NCBI RefSeq assembly: GCF_001194135.2
Contig: NC_068985.1
Span: 80,882,061 to 80,946,060, forward strand
From: Octopus bimaculoides
Taxonomy: Eukaryota
Length of the DNA: 64,000 nucleotides
Direction: 5' to 3'
The notes under the pieces were generated by a model. The model did not search any database and had not been told where the DNA came from. It worked only from the letters and a program-made list of their open reading frames with translations. The position numbers were made by a program, and so were the translations under genes. Shown here piece after piece: positions 37,784-51,114 of the stretch. Numbering within the stretch: the stretch's first letter is position 1; the number at the start of each line of letters is the position of its first letter.

Positions 37784-38949
37784 ACCCATTCATTTTATTA
37801 TATGTGTGTGTGTGTGTGTGCGTGCACATTTGTGTATAAATGTATGTATATATATATGTAAATGTGTGTATTTAAATATGCATAAATCACTGGTTTGAAT
37901 TTAAATTATCCTAAAAGATAACATCATTGTTATAGTCCATTTAATATGTGATCACTGACGCATCAAGATTCCCTACAAGTTGGTCAGTTAGTAAGGTTTC
38001 TGACAGTAAACAGAACCTCAAGTTCCCCAAGATCTAAAGATTTTGAACTGATTGAAATCAGAAACAAAGACCAATTGATTATTTAACTTTTACCTTGTGC
38101 TTCTTTCAGACATTGGACTGTGGCCATGCTGGGGTAGTACCTTCAAAACTGTTAGTCAAACAATGAGCATCTATTTTTTAAAGCCTTGTACTTATTCTAT
38201 CAGTCTCTTTTTGCTGAATTGTAAAGTTACAGGAGCATAAAGAAACCAACTGTAGATACTGGAAAAAGAGGAGGGAAAACCTAAAGAGAAGCTAGAAAAG
38301 GAAGAAAAGGGGAAAAAAACAAACTATTCTAGGGACTGAAGCCACATGGTGTTGGTCTCCATGTTTAGCCACTGATTGGAAGTAAAGAATAATCTAAATG
38401 GGGTATTTTTTGCTAGCAAAGAGTGGGGGGGGGGCAGCGAGTATCTGTGTGCATGTTGGTATGTATGCATATGTGTTTGCATGAGTGATATGGAGAATTA
38501 ACATTTGCATGCATGGTACTTTATATACAGCATGCATTGTAACTCCATGAATGTTTGTATTGGTCTGATACATGTACACGTGTGTGTATGTGCATATGTA
38601 TGTGTGAGGATGCAAAAATGTGTCTGTTTGTCATATTGTATTGTGAGACTGTCTGTGTGTTTGTATATTGCTACCTGATAGCTAGAACTGCTAACAGCTA
38701 AATTCAGTGTGTGCAGTCATCTATATGTTGTCTGCATGTGTATGCGATTGTGTGCACATATGTTTGTGAATGCCTGTCATATGTATTTCATACAAATATT
38801 GCTACACTTTATATTTTAATGATAGATTGGGAAAGTGTATGTAAGGAAGATGAATGGTGAATTCAGGCTAAAAGTATGTGGATTTAGAGATAAAACATAT
38901 AATGCTGCTCTCTGCAAAGCCTAGAGTTAGTGGCTCCATTGTATAATTC

Positions 38950-39385
38950 CTGTGTGAATAAGCACAAGATCAGTGCATTTCATTTTAATGGAGGATTTGT
39001 GCATGAGGAGAGTGTTGGAAAAATCCTTCCCCAAGGTGATGGTGGAGCAATAGAAGCAAGTCTGCATGGATGGAAATTGCTCAGGATGTGCTGAAATGTG
39101 CAAACCATGACCCAGACTTCATGAAGACCATCATCACTACTGATGAGACATGGGATAATGATCTCTGCACTATGTGTTCAGTCATCTCGCATGAAAATTA
39201 AAATCTGATGAGTGTGCACTATATGTCTATACTTTAGGTGTAACAGCTGGGAACTAATGTGGCCTTCTAGTGGTGAAATGTTCATGTATGTGCAGGATGG
39301 AAGGCATCACCTCCTACTCGAAGGATTTTACCCACACGGCATTAATTTTGAAGAGGAAAAATAATGTCAGATACTCTTCGAAAGA
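38950..39385 (+). mobile_element. mariner transposon deletion derivative
   Basis: ILMEDLCMRRV...PK...EIAQDVL...DPDFMKTIITTDETW, then a mariner-like right end gtcagatactcttcgaaaga. Confidence 0.75.
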
Positions 39386-39818
39386 GAAACAAAATGCATC
39401 AATAAGCCATTTTAACCGAATGTGATTACCATGTATATGATGAAGGGAAATGCTGTCAAGTTATTTTCTAAAAAAACGTTAATAGATCTAACGCCAAAGG
39501 CAATTTAGAAAAAGAAATGGAGAAGAAAGAAAGAAATTAACTGAAAATTAAGAGTGGAGAAATATAGTGCGATAGATGAATGGGAATAAAGCTTAAAAGC
39601 ATGGAAATACATATATGTATTTCCACACTATTTCCATCTATCGCACTATATTTCTCCACTCTTAATTTTCGGTTAATTTCTTTCTTTCTCCTCCTTTTCT
39701 TTCTCTAAATTGCCTTTGACATTAAATCTATTAATGGTTTTTTTTTAAAAATAACTTGCCAACATTCCCCTTCATCATATATGCGGTAATGGCTAAGTGA
39801 TGTGTTTTGTTTCTCTTT
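39381..39818. repeat. ~440-bp foldback inverted repeat
   Basis: ~190-bp arms around the central palindrome tggaaatacatatatgtatttcca (39602-39625). Confidence 0.9.
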
Positions 39819-42441
39819 TTTTCCCTGATGAGATGATTGCATTGTTTTACATCATTTTATTCCCTCCGGATGATATCAATGTTTTCTTTGAAACATATGT
39901 CGGAAGTATAAAGATTTAAATAACACCTGCATATAACTCCATTTCTTAATTTATCTATGTTATTAAAAAACATTTCACTGAACCTGGAATTTCTACCTTT
40001 ATAAGTAGGCTGTAAAATCCTTGGCACTTACGTGAATTTTTGCTACCCTAGTAACTATCTATTTTTTTTTTCTGTGTTATTTGTACACATTGAAAAAATA
40101 CACATATATTTATATATATGTGTGCGTTTGTATGTGTATGTGTGTGTGTGTAAATTTATGTGCAGTTGCACACCTGTAATATTAAATATACCTAATAACT
40201 AAATATTAAATATGCTCGATAGATTTCTTCCACTTGGTTAAGAGACTGACATGCTGGGAGTAAGTTACAGCAAGTGTACATGCTGTGAATTGTTAAGTAA
40301 ATGAAGATAAGTTGGTTGTTGATTAATAATTATATTCATTGCTCACAAGATGTGTCTGTCACCTAGGGATTCTGAGCTTGACATGTAAAATAATGTAGCA
40401 TTTTATGCCAAACTTTATAAAATAATGCTAGTTTGCATTGTAAAAGAAGTGGCTTCTAAATTTATAAGATGTAATATCAGGAGCGAAATAATAGTTGTAG
40501 TGTATGAGTATGTATATATGCATATACATTTATAGTTTTATGTTTCAGCAACATCTTATTGGTTTAGTAGTTGAGGCAAAATCTTTGTGAATATTATATG
40601 GTAAGTGGCATAAAATTGCTTTGTATACAAACCTAAATGGTTTTCTTTGTCACTGTTTTAATTTGTTAAGATTAAAATGGTGACAAAGAGGGGTTTATAA
40701 TCCCCTATTTTTTGTCCCTGAAGTATTTTGCCTATCGTCCTCAAAATTCTTTTGTAGAATTATGCAGAAAGATTAATATTACAACTAAGTGAAGTGCTAG
40801 TTTTCAAAAATGACAATAAGTGATGAGAAAATATAATGGATAAATTAGAAATATAAATAGGTAAACTGAATTAAAAATGCAAGTAATAAAATACCTTTAA
40901 GTAAAATGCTGTGTAGAGTTTTCTTCATTAAATATGAAAAGCTGGTTTTTCTAAGTTGCTACTTGAAATTATTCAAGATTGAAATTTACATAAGTACCTA
41001 ATGTACAAGTTTATAAGAATGAAGCTAAGTCAATTGTTAAGGCTAAAATTAATGCTAAAAGTATTGTGAATAATTATTATGTTGAAGGTTTAACTGATAA
41101 TGTATGGTCTGAAAGTGATTTGATTAAACTTAATGGTAATTTTTCTTGTAGCAATATATTTCCTTTGACATTTTTAGTGTGCAAATTTGAATTACTCTTT
41201 TACTGGTTCTAGTTATTTTACTCTAGCCATGCTGGAGTTTTGCTATTAGCAAATATGGAACTATGACAAATTGAAAAGTATTGTTACAATTGGTTGAGTA
41301 AATAATCTAAGCTTGCCATGCATATTCAAAATAGTGATAAGTTCAATACGGTGGCAGAAATAAGGAAGGAAAGAAAAAAATTTTAACAGAGTGAAACACA
41401 AAATTTACAATTTTCTCTCTTTTTGCTTTGTTTTACATTCCTTTCTAACTGAATATTTTATTTAATTGAAACTTTGAAACTAGAGAGTGTAATGCTAAAA
41501 TTTCTGAGTATATAGAGTTTAATTTCGTTTGAAGGTTCCATCATAAATGCATCAGAAACTCAGCTTTTAAAGTATCAGCACTAACAAGATCATACAGTAA
41601 AATTTTTCCAAAATAAAATGCTAAAATGCAACTGATGTATGTAAAAAAAGGAAATTGGTGTTTTTTTAAAAGAATTCCATTAGTTTTTAAAGGTACATCA
41701 TTGGAAGTAAAGATTTTCATTTGTTATTTCACATTATGATTCATTATCTCACTTCAAGTTGAAAGTGCTTAAGTGGAAGAATTGTAGATAAAATGCAGGA
41801 GGAACCTTTTGTTTCTAATATTTAGTTGATAGATGAAGGAAGAAAACAGCACATATTGTAGTATAAATAATTTTGCTGGATAGTTTAACATAATGATATA
41901 TCAAAAATAGAAAATAAATTGAAGAATGTCAATTTGGCTTGAAATTATAATTTTATCTGTAATTTAATTTTATATTTTTCCAAACGAAAAATGATATAAA
42001 ATATAAAGAGTAGTTTAACAACCAAGCTGGAATTCAATTATAAGTTTCAATTTCCTATATTTAGCGTGTTGTGTTACAATATTAGCTGTTTTAGTTCAAC
42101 TCTCCCTCTCTGTTATTAATTATATACTTGCCAATATCAGTTTTATGCAGCTGCTAAAGTGATTATTTTATTAATATGTTTCTGTAGTTTGTCTTTATGT
42201 TTAATAAGGCTTATATTATTCTGGTTGCATGTGTAATATATTCATTTATTAGTCGGATTTTATGTATCTGAGTGTATATGTGTTCTGTGTGAGTATGGAT
42301 ATGTAAGTCTGCGTATGTATGTATGTGTGTGAGCATATATGTATTTGCAACTATGTAAGTATATGTATGTAAATACATACATATCTATTTATCTATCTAT
42401 CTATCTATCTATATACAAATATACATATACATATACATACA

Positions 42442-42475
<34 letters not shown>

Positions 42476-43106
42476 NNNNNNNNNNNNNNNNNNNNNNNNN
42501 NNNNNNNNNNNNNNNNNNNNNNNNNNNNNNNNNNNNNNNNNNNNNNNNNNNNNNNNNNNNNNNNNNNNNNNNNNNNNNNNNNNNNNNNNNNNNNNNNNNN
42601 NNNNNNNNNNNNNNNNNNNNNNNNNNNNNNNNNNNNNNNNNNNNNNNNNNNNNNNNNNNNNNNNNNNNNNNNNNNNNNNNNNNNNNNNNNNNNNNNNNNN
42701 NNNNNNNNNNNNNNNNNNNNNNNNNNNNNNNNNNNNNNNNNNNNNNNNNNNNNNNNNNNNNNNNNNNNNNNNNNNNNNNNNNNNNNNNNNNNNNNNNNNN
42801 NNNNNNNNNNNNNNNNNNNNNNNNNNNNNNNNNNNNNNNNNNNNNNNNNNNNNNNNNNNNNNNNNNNNNNNNNNNNNNNNNNNNNNNNNNNNNNNNNNNN
42901 NNNNNNNNNNNNNNNNNNNNNNNNNNNNNNNNNNNNNNNNNNNNNNNNNNNNNNNNNNNNNNNNNNNNNNNNNNNNNNNNNNNNNNNNNNNNNNNNNNNN
43001 NNNNNNNNNNNNNNNNNNNNNNNNNNNNNNNNNNNNNNNNNNNNNNNNNNNNNNNNNNNNNNNNNNNNNNNNNNNNNNNNNNNNNNNNNNNNNNNNNNNN
43101 NNNNNA

Positions 43107-45640
43107 TCTTAACCAAATGCATAAAATGTGCTCTTTGCTAAAATCTTATAATCAAGTTTCAAAGAGTTATTCCCATTGACTGATCAAAAAATCTGGTGAC
43201 AGCCTTTGTCTTTCACCAGCAGTGTTTGCAAAAAAACCCAAAAAACAAATTGGTGGTGATGTCCGAAAGGAATGAAATTAACATGGCAGTCAATGGAAAT
43301 AGTTCCCAAAGCGACAGTTATTGTATGGGTTCAATTGAACTTCAAAGAAGAATTTACGAGCAAGTAAAGCTGGTGGTACTTGATAATTTGTTTGTAGATA
43401 TAATTTTAGGACAAAATTTCTTAACACAGCATCAACATGTGCAAATTACCTTTGACGGTGACAAGCCCCTGTTACATTGGGGAGCTTTAAATTGCATTAA
43501 AAGTGACATTACACCAAGGTTGTTTGGAAATTTAAACTCTGACTGCAAACCCATAGTTATAAAATCGAGAAGACAGTCCGCCAATAATGAAAAATTTATT
43601 GCTGATACTATTAGCCGAGATCTGGCAGAAGGGGTAATTGAACTCAGTGTTTCTCCCTGGTGAGTCCAGGTATTGGTAATATCAGGAGAAAATCATCACA
43701 AGAGACTGTGTATTGATTATATTGAGACTATAAATAAGTTTACACAATTAGATGGATATCCACTGCCAAATATGCATGACATGGTCACAAAAATAGCTCA
43801 ATTTAATTATTTTAGCACACAGGATTTCAAAAGTGTGTATCATCAAGTTGAGATTCCAGTTGAAGATCAACCTTTCGAAGCACAGGGAAAGTTATATCAA
43901 AGCAAATGTATTGCTTTTGGATTTACAAATGCAGTGCCCTGTTTCCAGAGAGTGATCGATAATGTAATCGAGAGCCATAATTGTAGAGCTACTTTTGCAT
44001 ATATTGACAACATGACTGTATGTGGTAAATTGAAAGAAGAACACGATCAAAATTTAAAACATTTTCTTCAAGCTGCTAAAGACTAATTTAACTTTTAATG
44101 ATGCCAAATGCATTTATACTGATTCGATTGCTTGGCTATGAAATTCAAAATGGTAACTTGAAACTTGACCCTGACAGGATAAAACCCTTACTAGAACTAC
44201 CTATTCCTATTACCCACAAAGCATTGAGTCGAATTGTTGGTCTATTTGCATATTATTCCAGATGGATTCCAAAATTCTCTGACAAGATAAAACCGTTGGT
44301 TGATACTAAATATTTTCCTTTGAGTGAACAAGCCTTGTCAAGTTTAAAAACTTTACGAGATAATTTAGCAAATGCTATCTTTAAAGTGATTGATGAAAGC
44401 CTTTCTTTTTCAATAGAAACAGACACATCGAAAGTAGTTATATCTGACATTTTACACCAAAATGGAAAGCCTGTTGCATTTTTTCAAGAATCCTCAACCC
44501 AAGTGAGTGTCGTTATTCTTGTATTGAAAAAGAGGTGACAGCGATTGTGGAATCTGAGAAAATGGTCTCATTTTCTTCTTGGACATAACTTCACACTAAT
44601 AACTGATCAAAACAGTGTTGCTTTTATGTTTAATTGTCAAAGGCACAGTAAATGTAAAACTGAAAAGATAATGCGTTGGCGAATCGAACTAGCCCAGTAT
44701 AAATTTGATATCATTTACCGCCAAGGCAAGTTTAATGTTGCATCTGATGCTTTATCATGTACCTATTGCACAGCTATGACGGATAATGAACTGTACTATG
44801 TTCATGCAGAACTGTGTCATCCTGGGATCACACGATTGTTTCATTATATTAAAGTTAAGAATTTACCATACTCTGTAGATGATGTAAAGCGTATAACTAA
44901 CAATTGTTGTGAGGTGAAGCCTCGCTTTACTAAAACCTCTGTTTCATCAGTAATTAAATCTACTCAAGCTTTTGAAAGATTAAGTGTTGATTTTAAAGGA
45001 CTCCCTACCTTCAGTGTCAAAGAACCATTATTTTTTAACTATTGTGGATGAGTATTCACGTTTTTCATTTATTTTTCCATCAATGATACTAGTGCTCATT
45101 CTATTATTAGTAATTTGAAGGTTTTGTTTAATCTTTTCGGATTAAATATTTTGTATATAAAGAACTTAAACAATTTCTGTATGATAGGGGCATAGCGATT
45201 ACTCATTCTACTGTGTACAATCCTCGTGGAAATGCTCAATGTGAAAGGTATAATGGAGTAATATGGAATTCCATTAAATTGGCCTTTCATAGCAGAAATT
45301 TTCCAGTTTCTCAATGGGAAGGCGTGCTTCCAGAAGTATTACATTCGCAACGTTCATTATTATGCATGGCAACTAATGAGACCCCTCATGAGAGATTCTT
45401 TAAATTTCCTAGACACTCTATGTGTAGTGTTTCCATTCCTACTTGGATAATGCAAGGACCTGACAAAGTGTTTGTTAAATGACATGTACACAATAAGTAT
45501 GATCCGTTAGTAGATGAAGCCCAATTGGTACAAATTAACCCTAACCACGGGAGGGTGCAGTACCCAGATGGACGTGAAAGTACTGTGTCCATTAGAGATT
45601 TAGCTCCTACTGGCAAAACTACTGAGGAGTATAAGTCAGG
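43107..45640 (+). mobile_element. Ty3/Gypsy LTR retrotransposon pol remnant (PR-RT-RNase H-IN)
   Basis: DIILGQNFL (protease end), SPW, YPLP, FGFTNAVPCFQ, YIDN (RT), IETDTS/TDQ (RNase H), HAELCHPG...C (IN zinc finger), GNAQCERYN, RDLAP. Multiple stops and frameshifts; no LTR visible. Confidence 0.92.
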
Positions 45641-45684
45641 TAAGAATGGAGGAAGCAAGTTGTTACAATTTATAAGAAGTTTAA

Positions 45685-45779
45685 TTCTTGCAGACGATCA
45701 TTTCATACAGAGTTATAATAAGATAAATTCATGATTGAATTAAATAAAATAAATATCAACGTACTCTTCAGTGCAAGAA
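45685..45779 (-). ncRNA. Type I hammerhead ribozyme motif, intact core
   Basis: TTCTTGCA-CTGAAGA-GTAC-[52 nt]-GTAT-GAAA-TGATCG-TC-TGCAAGAA: 8-bp stem I, 4-bp stem II base, GUC cleavage triplet. Confidence 0.8.
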
Positions 45780-46047
45780 GGAAAGAAACCATAATACAAG
45801 GAACTTAAAGAGGAATAGTGTAGAAAAAATTGGATCTAGGAGAGTCATATTGGTATCTGTATGAGAAAGAGATGGGAGTCATGTTGGATATTGAACCATA
45901 ACTAATGGCTTCAATGGTTATTTGAAGATATAAGTAAAGAGGTATTGGTAACATTCTCTCTATAAATGAGTATGGAAATTAGAATTATAGCTCCATATAT
46001 GTAGTGTAGGGTAAGTAAGTAGTAGAACTGTCCAATGGTTTCTTTCC

Positions 46048-46140
46048 TTTCTGCACTGAAAAGTACATTAACATTTATTTACTTGAATTCAATCATGAAT
46101 TTATATTATTATATCTCTGTGAAACGATCGTCTGCAAGAA
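46048..46140 (+). ncRNA. Type I hammerhead ribozyme motif, mutated core
   Basis: tttctgca-CTGAAAA-GTAC...ctctgt-GAAA-CGATCG-TC-TGCAAGAA; G8>A and a 2-nt deletion in stem II. Confidence 0.7.
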
Positions 46141-46433
46141 TTAAACTTGTTTTAGATTTAAAAAATTTGTTTCCTCCATTCTTAACAAAATTGATGTGAT
46201 TTATGGAACTCTATTCCATAAGTTCATCATACATTATATACAAGTACTACTTTCATATCTTCACAAATTTACACCTGTAAACTCTCAGCAAAGTATGAAG
46301 ATTCAACATTAGAAATCTGTTTTGGAAACCTCCAATTAAAGGACATATCCACATTCAACCTTTATACACCTATATTACTATTATATATATGTATATATAT
46401 ATATATGTGTGTATGTATGTATATATGTTTGTG

Positions 46434-46484
<51 letters not shown>

Positions 46485-46679
46485 ATGCGCTCACATATAC
46501 ACACATACATATAATATCAGCAGAAATAATGAGGAGGTTAGTAAAGTTAATTGTCTTGACATTATGATTGTGGTATGTTGTAATGGGTTTTCAGTCACTA
46601 ATTTATGCAAAAAAGATGGATGAATTCAGTTCTGAGGTCACTGTTTTGCCATATTGATACCTGTTTATTTTATGAAATT

Positions 46680-48250
46680 GGTTATGTGTTTGACGAATAG
46701 ATTATAAGATTTGGGAGAATAATTAATAGAGTTGATTTAATAGCAGAAGTGAATAATAATTTGATTAAGCAAATGATTACATAGGGTTTTATTGCTAAAA
46801 GATTAGTTAAAAAATTGAAGTGTATTCTAGATATACGTAATGATATTTTGAGTAAATCAGGAATGATTTCAAGTTTACAGCTTGCAGCTAAATTAAAAGG
46901 ATAAAGTGATAGATAGGTTTGGTATGATGTAGTAAGCAAATAAGGTAAAAGCAAGGGTTTTAATGCTAGAAATTTGATTAAGTAAATGATTAGTACTGAA
47001 AGATTAATTAATTAAATGATTAGTACCAAAAGATTGATTAAGAAATTTAAGCATATTTGGGATGTACGATATGATTATTTTGAATAAATATGAAATAATT
47101 TTGGTTGACAGCTTGAAGCTAAATTAAAATGTTAAATATGATGAAGTAAATGGTTAGGTGGAATTAGAGAATTATAGAATTTGCCAAGGAGTGCCTTTAC
47201 AGTCAAATTGATATACTTAGAGAGAGATTGCACATGGGTTAGTGGGAAAGGAACGGTTTTGTTTCAATGGTTTTCATTGGATTGTTACTGCTTCTTCTGC
47301 TGCATTCAGATTGGCATTACCATTTGTTTTTTGTTTTGTAGCCAATGCACATGTAGTAGATAGATGGTCAGAGCAAGTTTCCTGATGAATAGAAATGTTA
47401 TTTTTGGAAGGATTATTAAATTATTTATTTAGTAATTCAAGAAGTCATTAAGAATGTTTGGGTTGTGTTTTTCACTATAGGTTGTGGTTCATTCAATCAA
47501 ATCATATTTGATTTAGAATGGGTGGTTATGTTTAGACATTAATGTTTATGGTTTGTTAGTATATGTTATTCATTGGTATTAATTTTTGGCTTCTGGATAT
47601 GTTCCTTGTATATTACAAATTTTGTGGTTATAGTCTATCAATGTTGATTATTTTAATTTATGTTAATTATTTATTTTTTCAGTTTATTCTTCTTAATGTT
47701 CTCTAATTATTCATTGAATTGTTGATTGACTTGAGTAATTATTGAGTTTGTAATATATTTAATTGAAATTTGTAATACTATGTAATTGGGTTATAGGTAG
47801 TTAAGTTTGTAATTATGGTCTGGATGCAAAGTATTTGGTTTGTATATGCCCAGCCAGCATTAGAGTATATAGTTTTAAGGCTGTTTGACAATGATGAAAG
47901 TAGTAGTCCTGCCTAAAGATGTTGAAATTGCATTGATATCTGTTAGGCAGCTGAGGAGAAAATTCCCAGTTTGTTAAGTCCATTCCTTAGTTGGTTGTGT
48001 TTTGAAGGTTACCTGATTGATTGCCTACAATTTATTTGTAGGTATGGTTGTTTATATGTTTATAAGCTTTAATGCAGCATTTTAATATTTGTTTATTGTA
48101 TGTCTGTAGATTTATTTTAGTTTTTTGCAGGTTCTTAATTTAGGCATTTTATTCTGGAGTTGTCAAGGGTTCTCATTTTATTTATCTCATACATTTTTGG
48201 ATTGTACTGGTTTAGGTTATTAAATTTGAATAAAATAGTTTTTGGTGAGC
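46680..48250 (-). pseudogene. Highly decayed retroelement-like remnant, possibly PLE
   Basis: A/C-rich minus strand like the PLE at 23-25 kb; VYQFDC fragment resembling the first GIY-YIG strand near 47190-47220. No intact motif set. Confidence 0.3.
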
Positions 48251-48342
48251 TTACCTTCTTAATTTATCAGCACATGATAAATATGTTGCATATATAATTT
48301 TATTGTATAGCTGAAAGGCCTTATATATATGTATATATATAT

Positions 48343-50412
48343 ATCATCATCATCACCATCGTCGTCGTTGTTTAACGTTCGCTTTTCATGCTGGCATGGG
48401 TTGGACAGTTTCACTGAGAGCTGGCAAGCCAGAAGGCTGCACCAGGCTCCAATCTGATTTGGAAAAGTTTCTACAGCTGGATGCCCTTCCTACTACCAAC
48501 CACTCCAAGAGTGTAGTGGGTACTTTTTATGTGCCACCAGCACAAGAGCCAGTCAAGATGTACTGCTATCGATCATGATTAAATGGTGCTTTTTACAGGA
48601 CACTGACATGGGAGCCAGTCAGGCAGCACTGGCAACAGCCATGCTTGAGTGGTACTTTTTATACGCCACTGCCGTGGGTGCCAATCAGGCACTGCTGTCA
48701 TCGGCCATGACAATGACTTCACTCTACTCAATAGGACTTTGCAAGCACAGTTTATTGCCCAGTGATTGAAGGGTACAATTAAATGGGCCGGTTATACTGC
48801 ACTGGCATAGGCCACAGTTACGGTCTCACTTGGCTTGCCAAGTCTTCTCAAGCACAGCATAACTCCAAAGGTCTTGGTCACTGGTCATCAACTTCGTGAG
48901 GCCCAACATTCAAAGGTCATGCCTCACCACCTTATCCCCAGTCTTCCTGGGTCAACCTTTTGCACAGGTTCCCTCTACTGCTTGGGTGTGACACTTTTTC
49001 ACACAGCTATCCTCATCCATACACAACACAGGACCATAGCAGTGTAGTCGTTTCTCTTGCACACCACGTCTGATGCTTCTTATGTTCCACTTTTCTCTCA
49101 GGGTGCTTACACTCTGTTGTGTATGCACACTGACATTACACATCCAGCGGAGCATACTGGCTTCATTTCTTGCAAGCTTACACATGTCCTGAGCAGTTAT
49201 GGCCTATGTTTCATTGCCATGTAGCATGGCAGTTTGCACATATGTGTCATACAGTCTACCTTTTACTCTGAGCGAAAGGCTGTTTGGGTAGGAGCTCTCT
49301 GAACTTTTCCCAGCCTATTCTTATTCTAGCAGCTACACTCTCAGAGCATCCACATCCGATACTGACTTGGTCACCTAGGTAACAGAAGCTATCAACTACT
49401 TCTAGTTTTTCCCCTGACATGTGACAGAAGCTGTTTTCTGCACATTTTCAGTGTTTATTGCCCCTGAGCATTTGCCACACACAAAAACTATTTTCCCAGT
49501 TAACCTTCCTTTGATATTGCTGCACCTCTTATGTGTCCATAGCTTACACTGGGTATATCTTATGGAGTTTCTACCTACACCTTTTCTATAGATCAGGGCC
49601 ATCTAGCTGAAGGGATTTGTGATTTGTCTGCCTTCCTACTTATTAAGACTTTGGTTTTTGCTAGATTGACTCTAAGGTCCTTCAATTCTAGACCTTGCTT
49701 CCACACTTGGAGCTTCTCCTCTAGTTCTGATAGTGACTCAGCTATTAGAGCAAGGTCATCAGCATAGAGAAACTCCCAGGAGCATTCTCCTTTGAATTCC
49801 TCTGCTATTGCTTGATGAATAAGAGGGGGCTGAGGACTGATCCTTGGTGGACCCCTTCCCCAACCAGGAATTCTTCACTATACTCCTTGCCAACCCTCAC
49901 CTTACTGACAGCATCCTTATACAATACATGGCTTGTACAGCTCTCGCTAACAACTCATCTATCCCTAGTTTCCACATTGACCACTAGATAAGGGATCGGG
50001 GGACCATGTCAAAGGCTTTCTCCATGTCAACGAATGCCAGGTACAGAGGTTTATCTTTGGCTAGGTATTTCTCCTGCAGCTGTCTTACCAGAAATATAGC
50101 ATCAGTGGTACTTTTCCCTGGCACAAATCCAAACTGCATCTCGTCAAAACTATCTCTCTCCCTAATTAGCTGGACTATGACTCTCTCCATGACTTTCATT
50201 ACCTGATCCAACAACTTGAAACCTCTGTAATTGTTCGTATCTAATGTATCACCTTTACTTTTGTAGCAGTTGACTATGGTGCTGCTACACCAGTCATTGT
50301 GTATGACTCCTTCATGTATCACCTGATTGATTATACGGGTGACAAGACTATAGCTGACACTGCCAGACATTTTCAGCATCTCAGTAGTGATTCCTGATGG
50401 GCTGGGGGCTGG
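48343..50412 (-). mobile_element. RTE-clade LINE, 5'-truncated
   Basis: KAPSPSGI, NYRG, QFGF, FVDMEKAFD, LYADDL, PHD-like insert, 3' UTR hairpin array, (CAT/CGT)n tail. Confidence 0.93.
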
Positions 50413-50825
50413 TCTGATATAAAAAACTATGACATAGTTGATGAAACCATGTCATTTATATTTGAATATTTCCGGCCATGCAGGAAGTCTAGACTAGTTC
50501 GAATTAATTCAACTTATGTAAGTGATAATTTCTTTTCTTTCACTTTTTTTTTTTATGAAGTGCTGCAATTCTCATTCTTGTAGATGGTTGGGGAGGAGAT
50601 AAGAATGTTGGCAAAGGAATATACTTTGATATATTACTAGTGCTTATTTTTATCAATTATGGTAAAATAATAGATAAATGATGTACTGCATGTCACCTTA
50701 TTTTGTGTGTGCTTTTACATTAGCCTTATATTAACTGATATCTTGTGAGTGGAGGGATGGTTTCATTCAAGGAAATACTGGTTCAATATCTAGTACTTTG
50801 GGGGAATCAATTTCCTTAAAATAAT

Positions 50826-50861
<36 letters not shown>

Positions 50862-50864
<3 letters not shown>

Positions 50865-51112
50865 GCAGGTGGCATGTAAAAAACACCATTTGAGTGTGGC
50901 TGTTGCCAGTACCGCCAGACTGGTCTTCATGCCGGTGGCATGTAAAAGCACCCACTACACTCTCAGAGTGGTTGGCGTTAGGAAGGGCATCCAGCTATAG
51001 AAACTCTGCCAGATCACATTGGAGCCTGGTGCAGCCATCTGGTTCGCCAGTCCTCAGTCAAATCGTCCAACCCATGCTAGCATGGAAAGCAGACGTTAAA
51101 CGATGATGATGA
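50862..51112 (+). mobile_element. RTE 3' UTR fragment
   Basis: Two hairpin units and terminus gttaaacgatgatgatga; starts flush with (TA)n. Confidence 0.85.
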
Positions 51113-51114
51113 TA

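Noticed and set aside
45641-46184. Gypsy 3' LTR or simple TA-flanked MITE
   Set aside because: No clear TG...CA ends with a polypurine tract. Both arms contain hammerhead cores, and the spacer resembles a PLE 3' UTR, so PLE-type termini fit better. A MITE origin is not formally excluded.
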